This document shows, piece by piece, positions 43,470 through 54,500 of a DNA stretch of 64,000 nucleotides. How positions within the stretch are numbered: the first letter of the stretch is position 1; the number at the start of each line of letters is the position of its first letter. Below the pieces are notes generated by a model. The model did no database searches, was not told the DNA's origin, and saw nothing but the letters and a program-made list of their open reading frames with translations. Both the position numbers and the translations under genes were made by a program. The stretch is from Marsupella aquatica. Its lineage: Eukaryota; Plantae; Marchantiophyta. The DNA lies in contig OZ316891.1 in NCBI GenBank assembly GCA_973895155.1, positions 13,919,037 through 13,983,036 of the forward strand. The letters run 5' to 3'.

Positions 43470-43554
43470 TCTTCTTTATACGCTCACGCCCCGCTGGATC
43501 GCGGGTCAAGTGAGCGGTCCGATGGACGGTTCTCCGTTCCCCACGGGTCACGTG
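43470..43554 (-). promoter_or_regulatory. Putative TUA core promoter (TATA-like box and G-box)
   Basis: Minus-strand TATAAA at ~43475-43480 and CACGTG at 43549-43554. Probable 5'UTR intron 43270-43205 (GTGAGC...CTCAG). Confidence 0.45.
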
Positions 43555-45446
43555 GACGACACCGGGAATCTTCGACAACCATGATGCGAGCCCCGTCTTC
43601 GCCCGGCTGCATTGACCGGTGGTATCCGGTGCGCCTTGCTGCGTCGGCTCGGTTCGCCGGCGTTCTACCGGCACGGGAGGTGCCCACATTTCAAACCGAA
43701 CAGCCCTAGAAGCTTTCCGCCTTGGGAGTCCGTTGAGGGGCAACGGAAGTGTTGAGGACCAGTCTGTCGTCGTCGGGACAAAAAACCTGGTTGGCGGGAA
43801 ACGCAGGAAGAAGTCCCGCTTCTTGATCTTTCGGCTGCCACACGAGCTTCACTCCGGGCCTTGGCCTCTGTTCGCTCATTCAAAGTGCAGTACGGCTGGA
43901 TCCAGTAGTAATGCCTGGAACACTCTCATGGCGTGGTGGCCTCCGCCTTACATTTTGCATGTCCAGTCAACCGTGGATAAGTGCAACCTCTCGGAAAGAC
44001 GCCTGGGAATGCAGTAATGCACTATGCTATATATGCACGGGATTTAGCCTCTCCTTTAAAAGTGCATGGTTTGCACTACCTAATAAGTGCATCAGAAATT
44101 GCATCCGGACTTACCCCGTGTTATAAAGTCACACAGATTGGACCTTGATAAGATAAGTCTACTCTATATATAGTTGGCTAATTCAATTAGCAACAAATCC
44201 TGATTGAACTAAGTGTTATGTATATATTTTGATGAAAGTTGATCTGCACTTATGTAAACTGCATTTAAGAAAGGTAATTGCTTGAATGCTAGGGGACTAC
44301 ATGGCTAGCCTGCACTTAACAACAAAATGCACTTATCCACAGTGCACTTATACATGGTTGACTCTAAAGTAGAACTCCAAGAATGTAGCATCTGGTGTGC
44401 TCTAAATGGAGGTTTGCACTTATCAGTTTCCTGAAACAACTTCATAGCACATGGCCTTGGATTTGACATTTTCATGTACAGTTTTGCTCTCTAAGTGCAC
44501 ACTCCCTGGAAACCAGCCTGGAAGAAGCATCTGGACTGAAGCACTTATCAATTGCCTGGGAGACCCTCATAGCGTGGTGGTCTTGGCCTCAACATCTTCA
44601 TGTACAGTCATCTCTCTTTACGTCCACACTCCCAGGACAAAATATCTAGTGTGCACTATGGGAGGGTTTGCACTGTGTGCTAAGTGCAAACAGTATAGTT
44701 GTCAGCTTATTGATAAGAGTGTATGGTCTACGTTCCTTAATAAGTGTGCAATAATCCTAGTCAATGGACAATCTTGTGACTCACACCCATTTGTACATCC
44801 TTGCCCTAAGTTATGTCCCCTCCCCATAAATTTATTAGTCTACTCAGGAAACCCATGCACCTATTAGTAAGTGAAATTCCATGGGATTGGGTCCATATTG
44901 ATAAGTGTTCATGTACACTTATCAAGGGTTTGCACTTATTCAGGTATTCAGACCTGTTCCCACCTCCAGGGCATTATGGGTATTAATAGTTCCTCAAAGC
45001 TTGGGCTAAAACCTAATTTCTTTTGGTGCATTCTTGGTATTACAACCTACTATATAAAACACACCAAAGATTGATCTTTCACAAGGTATTTGCTTGATGG
45101 AACCCCAAATGAAAAGCTTTGAGATGTAACATTACATCTCAAAACCGGCTTGAGTCCACATTCAACTTCCTATCTACTTAGCCCATATATCTAACTAAAT
45201 GGTTTGCCATGTTCACTGGACTCAACACTCCATTTGTTGGAAAATGAGGGAGCCCCACAAATTGTTGAAATGTGTGCACTGCAAAGACAACTCAACCTAT
45301 TGTTGTTTGTCCAGCTTTTTGCCTTGTTGGGATAGGGTGCTTCTTCTTCTACCTCACTACTTTGAATACAATCTCTACTCTTTCTAATTCTCACTTCCAT
45401 AAATTCTAGAACAAGTTCCCCCTCCACCTATTGGGGGTTGCCACTG

Positions 45447-48400
45447 AGTGGTGGACCTAGCAACCCATCGCCCTCACCAATCCCAGCACTCATGCCTAGG
45501 TGCCCTTGGTGCCAGAACGCCTCCACGGAATACCTCGAGCAAGTACCCTAGTGCCCCTTGCACCGCCAGCGACCCTTCCCATACGAAGTCGCACTTGCTC
45601 TCCAACACAACCGCTACTCAACGGTCCTCACTGTCTGCACAAACAACCAAGCACCTCGGTAAGTAACCCTCCACAATCTAGAACCCGTCAAGTCTAGCAT
45701 CCTAACTCAAGCTCAACAGACGTTGGTAAATAGGTTAGCGATAGGTCCTCCCGATGCCATAAACCAAAACCAAAACCCACGCCCGTTGTTCGTCCAGAAC
45801 AGCTCCCTCCTTGGGCACGGCCCGGGTTCCCCCTCGTACCTATCCATCACCAACTGACCGCCGTGACCCCAAGACATGCTCATGGCCCAAATAGCGTAGC
45901 TTGTCCTAAAGCTTGTCCCAACACGTTGGGACCAGAATGGCCCCGACCCTAGCAACCAACTCCCAATTTGCCCCACTGATGGTCTAGGGGCCAAACACTC
46001 TTGGGACTCAACCTCCGTACCTACTTGGCCTTGCCTCCCCAACCTAAGCTCCCTTGGGAGACTGAACGCGGCTTGGCTGTTGTTTGGCAGGATTTGGCAA
46101 GCGGGCAAGTTAACACCCGCAAACCCCAAGAACCCAAGGTACTCCCAGACCCAGCTGAGCTCAGGAGGGCATACCCTCCTCAAGAGCTTTCCAACGGTTT
46201 CCTTTAGTGTCGCGATCGCCGCGGCTCACGACTTTGGCTCGCCCTTAGTCCCTAGGGAGACACCACTCCCCTCATATATGCTTTTGGAGACCTGCCACCC
46301 CCGGACCAGCTTTGGTCCCTAAACATTTGGCCCCTCAACCCAGACCCTATCACGCATAATGGTAATACCCAGACCGCAAGTCCACCTTTGAAAACTTCTT
46401 AGCCCTGGAGAAGCAATCGAAGAGGTCATCCATATGAGGTAACGGGTACTTGTTCTTTACCGTCTGCTTATTGAGGGCTCGATTATCTGCACACAATCTC
46501 AAAGTACCATCCTTTTTGGACACAAACAACGCGGGCGCCCGTAAGGACTCTTACTAGGGTGAATGAACCCTTGGTCAATCAACTCTTCCAGGGCGTTCTT
46601 CAACATCATTTGCTCGTTCAGGTTTAGACGATAAGGAGCTTTAGCCTGAGGAGCCGAACTTGGCTCCAACTCAACTCGGTGATCCACTTCTCTCCGCGGG
46701 GGTAAACCTTTAGGTAGCTTTTGCCAGAGCACATCGTTGAATTCCTCTAAAATTTCAGGAATTCAACCGTAGTCGGGCCCGACCTTAGCTGACTTAACTT
46801 TTGGCTGCGAAGCAGCCTCCTTAGTTGGGTGGAGATGAAAGAAGAAACATTCATGTCCACCCTTGAAGTCTTTCCACCATTGCTTCACCAATACACACGG
46901 CGACAACCACGACACTTTACTTACTTTGAGAAATCTTTCTTTATTTTTGGTAACTTCATGTACAACGATGGGCTCACCGCCCTTATTGGGAAAATGGAGC
47001 ACCTCACCCCCCGGTTTCAAGGTGACATTGTGCTTCCTGAGGTAACCTATTGACAAAATGAAATCTACGGCTAGACCGTCTAGAACGTAGAACATCTCCT
47101 GACTAACAAAAGTTTGTTGCTCGCCTATGACCTCTACTCAAAGTCTATGTACTACTCTCGACACTATCCCTTCTGGGTCATTGGCGAACTTGCACACTAA
47201 CGGTTGTAGCAACTCTTGCATGTCCATCCCAAGAAGTGCTGCCGCTTGCCCACTTATGAAGCAGGCGGTAGCGCCTATATCCACCAAAGCAACACCCAGA
47301 TTACCGTTAGAAGTGACATTCACAAAAATCAGTTTTTCAGGATCCCTTGTCTTAACTTTAGGTATCTTCTCTCGTAACAACACCCTCTCTCCGGCAGGAA
47401 CATCCCCTACAGGGACCTTGTTAGCTACTAAGGGTTTGGTTAGAGCGATACTTACCTTAATGCTCTTCTGCCCTCCATCTCCGCTTGGCTTGCCACCTTT
47501 TGTGGTACAATCCTTATTTTGATGGCCTATGGCACCGCATAAGAAGCACAAACCTTCAGCACGCCTCTGCTCCATGAGTGCCTGCAGCTTCTTTGCTTTC
47601 TGCGCCGATGAGGTTTCTTTCTTGAAGTTGTCGGCCTTCCGGTTTTGCTTAGCTTCTCCATTCTGGGGTTGGGGATCCAAACCACCGGCCCTCGGCCCCT
47701 CAAGTTGCTTATGCTTAGTCCCGGGACCTTTTGCTTTGCCAGCTTCCCCCTTGGATCCCTTGCCACCCACCTTCGCCAAGTCCGGTCGGTTATTCACCAA
47801 TGTAGTGGCCTTGTCGAAGGCGTCAGAAAGCGTTTTAAACTCATAACGTTTTTCCTATAACTTTTCCCTGAGCAACGGCGAGAGCTTCACAATAAAGTTG
47901 TGAAGCTGTGTATGTAAGATCTCTTGCCCTGCCGGGATACACGCCAACTGGTTCTGGTAATAAGTGATGAACTTTTGGATATCACCCCTGAAGCTCATCT
48001 CCGTTACACATTTATGAGCGTGTCGCTCCGGGTACTTAGTGGTGTCATGAGCACGGAGTCCCTCAACCAGGTTTTCCCAAGTTAACGGCAAGAAGGAGTC
48101 CTCTCGTGACTTCTTCCAAGACTTGTACCAAGTCAAGGCATAGTCCTTCAAGGAAGGAGCGGCTACGATAGCCCAAGTGGGATGCTCAACGCACGCTTGA
48201 AGATGAATCTCCATTGTGGAGAGCCAACTCAAGAACTTTTGTCCACTCTACTCGTAGGCCCCGTTATAAGTTGGAGGAGTCGGTAGCTGGTTCACTTGGA
48301 ACATACTCCGTCCAACTACCATTCCCCCCTCGGGATGCGTCGCACTCTGACTACCCAGACTAAGTGAGTACTTAATATGGGCCCCCTTGTTGTGTTCCAA

Positions 48401-50130
48401 CTGCTCATAAATGAGTCGTTGGTCTTGAGTCAACGGATCCAAACTGTCGTCAGCGGCTGGGCCCTTGCGGGTTGTATGAAAACGGTCCTCCAACCGTTTT
48501 TCCTTTGCGGGCCGCCTGTCCTTAGGTTCTCTTGTGGATTTTGGTGACATCCCCGCGTCTTGTGAGCACCATGACCTCCAGGGACTAAGGTATCACCCGC
48601 ATCATCCTGGTTCTGCTTGGTCAAATTATCCACGATGATGTCCGGCTCAATATCATCCTCTGGTTCTGCATCCAACCCTCTCAAGGCTGGGATCAGTTCC
48701 TCCTTTGGGTCCTGACCCTCTTTCTCCGATTTTGCTTCAGCATCGTCATTGCTTCCAGTTGCGTCAGAGTCGTCGTCATCCGACCCGTCCTTTGAAGGAT
48801 CAGCCACCTCCTTCCCTTTAAGTCGACAACGCTGTGCACTTGACGTGTTCACCGTAGCGGTCGACGGTTTGGCTGTTGCGTCTTCATCATCCTGCTTGTA
48901 ACGTTTGTCTAGGGAAGTCGACCCGTCCTCCTTATGTTCATTTTGAACTTGGGCTCTCCCCTTGGCAGGGGGAGCCTGTTTGCCACTCTTTGATCGAGTG
49001 TTTTTTGCCATGTTCCTAGCGACTGAATCTACCCGAAGTCGACCCGCCAAGCACGTTGAAGCACTAAGTCCCTGCAAAAATCCATTAAGATTTATGGATT
49101 CCGACTTAGCACAACCCCGGCCGAGTGTCTATGCCACCAATCGCTCTGATACCACAAGTGGTGGACCTAGCCACCCAACGCCCTTACCAATCCCAGCACT
49201 CACGCCTAGGTGCCCTAGGTGCCCTTGGTGCCCGAACGCCTCCACGGAATATCTCGAGCAAGTACCCTAGTGCCCCTTGCACCGCCAGCAACCCCTCCTA
49301 TACGAAGTTGCACTTGCTCTCCAACACGACCGCTACTCAATGGTCCTCACTGTTTGCACAAACAACCAAGCACCTCGGTAAGTAACCCTCCAGGATCTAG
49401 GACCCGCCAAGTCTAGCATCCTAACTCAAGCTCAACAGACGTTGGTAAATAGGTTAGCATTAGGTCCTCCCGATGCCATAAGCTGAAACTAGAACCCATG
49501 CTCGCTGTTAGTCCAGAACAACTCCCTCCTTGGGCGCGGCCCAGGTTCTTCCTTGTACATATCCATCACCAACTGACCGATGTGACCCCAGGACATGCTC
49601 ATGGCCCAAATAGCGTAGCTTGTCCTAAAGCTTGCCCCAACACGCGAGGACCAGAATGGCCCCGACCCTAGCAACCAACTCCCGATTCGCCCCACTGATG
49701 GTCTAGGGGCCAAACACTCTTGGGAGTCAACCTCCACACCTACTTGACCTTGCCTCCCCAACACAAGCTCTCTTGGGAGACTGAACGTGGTTTGGTTGCT
49801 GTTCAGCAGGATTTGGCAAGCGGGTGAGTTAACACCCGCAAACCCCAAGAACCCAAGGTATCCAACTCACCCAAGAAGTCCTCCAACGGACTTCCTGTTG
49901 GAAAGATATTGCCGTTTCTGTTTGACGGTTTTCCTTAGTGTTGCAACCGCCGTGGCTCACAACTTTGGCTCGCCCTTAGCCCCCAGGGAGACATCACTCC
50001 CCTCATATATGCTTCTAGAGACCTGCCAGCCTCGGGCCAGCTTTGGTCCCTAAACATTTGGCCCCCAACCCGGATCCTATTGCGCATAATGGGCGCTTCA
50101 CCAACTGGCAACGCCCATAACTTTCTTGTT
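45447..50130 (-). mobile_element. Defective Ty3/gypsy LTR retrotransposon: truncated 5' LTR 50130-49157, PBS, gag-CCHC-protease-partial RT, truncated 3' LTR 46362-45447
   Basis: PBS TGGTATCAGAGC (tRNA-iMet) at 49154-49143. Gag core (ALTWYKSW...LTWENLVEGLR), zinc knuckle CFLCGAIGHQNKDC, protease ALVDIGATACFIS, and RT start PYRL...[16 protein letters not shown]...[14 protein letters not shown]...[11 protein letters not shown]. Stops and frameshifts are present; no RNase H or integrase. Confidence 0.93.
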
Positions 50131-50249
50131 CGACATAACTTTCCCGTTTGGCATCCCGGATTTCTTAGCCCATTCCTCGGGTCTTTTTTTGGAAAAATCT
50201 TGGAATCCGTTGTCTTGCATCAAATTAACTCAATAGTGGTTGGTAAGTA

Positions 50250-50870
50250 GATCAACGAATATAGCCTTCCAAGATTGCACAACCTTGTTGTAAATTGAAG
50301 CTTAGGTTGACACCCAGTGTGTGTCTAGAACTATTCCTCTGTCGAGTGTCCCCCAAACTTCTCATCTTTTGATGTATCGCTGATGACCACTATACCTCTA
50401 AGCATGCCCATGGCCCAAATAGCTAACTTGTCCCAAACACAGTCCCAAAGCTTTCCAAGCAATGGGACCAACCTTGCCCTAATTCTTGTAACGGTCTCAA
50501 TATCAACAACTTTTACTCAACTAGGATCCTCAGGGCATGACAAACTTGGACCTCAACAACCCTGCCCACTATGCATGCTCTCATGACCACTCCAATTCAA
50601 GCTCTCATGGGAATCAAACGCAAATTTGTTATTCTTTTGTTGGGATTGGCCAATGAACAAGATCTAGCCCATGAAAACTATAAATAAGGACCAAAGTCAC
50701 CCCAATCCTAGTTGATATCATAAGGAGATAGAATTCCTTATGAGATTTTTTACACGCTTAAGAAGTCCCTGAACGGACTTCCCAAGAAAAGATTTTGTTG
50801 TTTCCATTTTATATCCCTTAGTGGCACAACCACCCCGCATCCAGACTTGGGCTTGCCTTTGGCCCACTAA
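50250..50870 (-). mobile_element. Highly degenerate LTR fragment of the same family
   Basis: CATGCCCATGGCCCAAATAGC, AACGGACTTCCC and CCCTTAGTGGCACAACC are colinear with internal segments of the younger LTRs. Confidence 0.6.
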
Positions 50871-50927
50871 GAGAGGAACCACAATTGGTCTAAGGGTGCC
50901 TCTATCATCGCCAGCGACAAGTCCCAT

Positions 50928-52364
50928 AGTGGTGAACCTTGCCACCCAGCACCCTCACCAATCCCAACACTCACGCCTAAGTGCCCCTGGTGCCCGAACG
51001 CCTCCATGGAATACCTTGAGCAAGCAACCTAGTGTCGCTTGCACCGCCAACGGCCCCTTTCATACGAGGCCGCACTTGCCCTCCAACACGACCGTCACTC
51101 AACGGTCCTCACCGTTTGCACAAGCAACCAAGCCCCTCGGTAAGTAACCCTTCAAGATCTAGAACCCGCCAAGTCTAACATCCTAACTCAAGCTCACAGA
51201 CATTGGTAAATAGATCAACGATAGGTCCTCCCAATGCCATAAGCCAACACCAGAACCCATGCCCATTGTTCGTCCAAAATAGCTTCTTCCTTGGGCGCGG
51301 CCCGAGTTCCCCCTTGTACCTATCCATCACCAACTGATCGCCTTGACCCCAAGACATGCTCATGGACCAAATAACGTAGCTTGTCCCAAGCTTGTCCCAA
51401 CACGCCGGGACCATAATGGCCCCGACTCTAACAACCAACTCCCGGGTCTCGTCCCACTGATGGTCTAGGGGCTGAGCACCCTTGGAACTCAACCTCCACG
51501 CCTACTTTGCATTGCCTCCCCAACGCAAGCTCCCTTGGGATACTGACGCGGCTTGGCTGCTGTTCGGCAGGATTTGGCAAGCAGGCGAGCTAACACCCGC
51601 AAACCCCAAGACCCATGGCGCCCCCAACGCACCCAAGAAGTCTTCCAACGGGACTTTCCGTTGGAAAGATATCGTCATTTCCGTTTGGTGCTTTCCCTTA
51701 GTGTCACAACCGCCGCGGCTCATGACTTCGGCTCGCCCTTGGCCCCCCAGGGAGACACCACTCCCCTCATATATGCTTCTAGAGACCTGTCACCCCCGGA
51801 CCAACTTTGGTCCCTAACCATTTGGCCTCCAACCCGGATCCTATTGCGCATAGTGGGCACGCCACCAACTGGCAATGCCCATAACTTTCTCGTTAGGCGT
51901 CCGCAAGCGGAGTGCCTTAGCCCATTGTGATTAGGCCGACCCATGCTCATGCCTAGGCCTTCAGGTCTCATCGCCGCTTGGGATCCCCGATCGGCCAAAC
52001 CCGGATTGGGCCCTAACTCACGCCCCAAGCGTTCGTTGCCCATGGCGTCAACTCCATTGGCCTTGGGCTCAAGGGGAGCTCACACTTAAGCCCTCATAAC
52101 TCAAAGTCCGTTTGGGGGCCCGGACGGTCAACCTTGAGCCCAACCCCTTTTCCTCTTGACCCGACCAGCTCTCGGCTAGTCCAAGTCCTTAGTGTGTGTC
52201 ACCAGCTTGGCTCCTTGCCTTCGCTAGCGCCACGTCTCATTGCCCACTAGTCTCTCCATGCTAAGTCCTCCTCGGATGGCCTATTTGGGTCTGGACCATA
52301 AAGGATCTCAGCGTTGGAGTCACGATGCTAGAGCTAAGTGTTAAGGTAGTCGAGTTCCGCGACT
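50928..52364 (-). mobile_element. Full-length solo LTR (1437 bp) with AGT...ACT termini and 5-bp TSD CCCAT
   Basis: Colinear with the LTRs at 45447 and 49157. CCCAT at 50923-50927 and 52365-52369. Confidence 0.9.
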
Positions 52365-53914
52365 CCCATAAAAAGGCACACTCGTTCCTCAACACGACCG
52401 CCGCTCAACAACCTCTTCCATAACCTCTATTGTCTGCACAAGCAACCAACTTCATTGGTAAGTAATCCTCCTTGATCTTGGATCCTAAGACCATGACCTT
52501 ACCTCAAGCTGAACAGTTTTTACTAAATAGGTCAGCGGATAGAACCTTGGACTAGGTCCATATGGCCTTATCTTAAGCTAAAGCTAAGGCTGACACCCAA
52601 TATTTGTCCAGAATAACCCCTCTTATGGGCCACCCAAGCTTCCCTACTTTTTGTACGTCATCCATGCAACGATTGCCTTGCCTCCAAGGCATGCACATGG
52701 CCCAATCAACTAGCTTGTCTCAAAGCTTGTCCCAAACACCAAGACCAGTTTGGTCCTCACTGTAGCAACCGTCCATGAATCTAACTCAATTGGGAGTCCA
52801 AGGGCAAGATGCACTTGGGCCTCAACACGAGAGCCTACTCTGTGTTGCCTTCCCAACGCAAGCTCCTGTGGAAAAATTGAACTTGACTTGGTTGCTATTT
52901 TGGTAGGATTAGCAAGCAAGCAAGATTGCCCTTGCAAATCGTGAGAAACAACGGCATCCTCAGACCCAAATAAGATCAAGATGATGTAGTCATCCTGAAG
53001 AGGTTTCCAACGCACTAAAGAATTCTTCCAATCAACTTCTCGTTGATGAGATATTGTCTTTTCCATTTGACATTTTCCTTTAGTAGAACAACCACCGTGC
53101 TTCACCACTTGGGCTTGCCTCCTGGCGCGCTAGGAGACACTACTCCCCTCATATATGCTTTTGGAGTTTTGCCACCCTTGGACCAACTTTGGTCCCTTAT
53201 TTTTGGCCCTCAATGTTGACTCTAACCCGACCGACTAGACACAAAGCTAACTTGCTAGACCCAAAATTTTCTAATTAGATGTTTGTAGATGAAGTGCCTT
53301 AGCCCATTGTGATTGGGCCAGAAAGGTGCTCATGCCCAAGCCCTTAGAACTCATCGTCAATCGTGTTAGTTATTTACTCTTACGTCTAGGGTTATGACAT
53401 GTAATTGTAGTTAGACTAACCGTAGTCAAAGACGTGGAGGTGAATTATGTATCTTTTGTGTTGACTACCTATGCGTTGGATGTGTCATGTGCTTGTCATT
53501 GTGAATGTTGTCTATGCTCAAGAAATCGAGGCACCCGAATAGCTACACCCGAACAGCTACACCCGAGCCACACCCTATCTCACGCGCCAAGCATTGGTTC
53601 ATCATTAACTAAACTTCTTTGGCCTTTGGCCCAAGAGGAGCTCTCCTCAAGCCTTCATAACTCAAAGTTGGATTCCAGACAATCTACCTTGAGCTCAACC
53701 CTTCTCATGACCCAACGTCAATCTAAGTCTCTTGTGTGCGCCACTAGCTTAACATATCATCTTTGCTAGTGCAACACTAGCTTCCTTGCCCACAAATATC
53801 TCCATACTTAGTCTCCACTAGATATGACTAACCTGGGGGCCTGGACCATAGAGGAGATCGACGTTGGAGTGAGCGATGCTGAAGGTGAGTGGTAGGTAGT
53901 TGAGTTCTGCAACT
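52365..53914 (-). mobile_element. Older diverged LTR of the same family, interrupted by the solo LTR (its left piece is at ~50890-50927)
   Basis: Shares CTCCCCTCATATATGCTT, GTGCCTTAGCCCATTGTGATT and the terminus GGTAGTTGAGTTCTGCAACT with the solo LTR. Confidence 0.8.
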
Positions 53915-54333
53915 TTAGCCTATTCTTGATGGTCATCCTTGTCTTGGACATAAAGAAGTTTGAGACCAAAGTAAGCAATGTGGGAGCTAAGTGGTCACCT
54001 TCTATGACTTGATGTCACTCTTATAGCCCAATTCTTTAGTTTTGGGACAAGGGGTTATGAAATTAATCATTAAGGATTGGGTTGATAGATGGGCTCATGG
54101 GGTGTTGGGGGTGTCAAAACATCCCTAGATTAGGGGCAACAAATCTGTTCGAGTGGGGGTTTCAAAAATCTTTGGTGTATTGGAGTTCTTAGGTCAAATG
54201 TATGGGTCCATCCTATCATCAACTAACCTGTCGTAAGGTAAGGTTTGGGGAAATTCGCTTCCCGTGCCGTGTATCTAGGTCGAAGGCCTGGCGGTTGGAC
54301 GCGGGCCGTTCGATGAAAACAGATCGGAGGCTT

Positions 54334-54374
54334 TAGGGTTTCGATACTTGGGTGTCCAAACCTACCAACCCTAA
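54334..54374 (+). promoter_or_regulatory. Telo-boxes in the RPS8 promoter
   Basis: TAGGGTTT (reverse complement AAACCCTA) at 54334-54341 and AACCCTAA at 54367-54374, ~130-170 bp upstream of the ATG. Telo-boxes are typical of plant ribosomal-protein promoters. Confidence 0.65.
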
Positions 54375-54500
54375 AGTAAAACTCAGAGCGGAGCGTCACT
54401 CCCTCCTCTTTACAACTTCGCTCCCGAAGTCGGAGTAGCGAGGTCGAGCACGAGGTTTTGCGAAGGAAGAGTTCTGCGAGGCTGCTACACTGAATCGACC

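Noticed and set aside
50820-50830. AGTGGCAC as another AGT-type LTR start
   Set aside because: It aligns to an internal LTR segment (CCCTTAGTGTCACAACC at ~51695), so it was not counted as evidence for the termini.
45448-52043. Repeated similar ORFs inside the LTR copies (e.g. MVDLAT..., ...SYAIWAMSMSWGH...)
   Set aside because: Their similarity simply reflects LTR duplication; frames and stops differ between copies.
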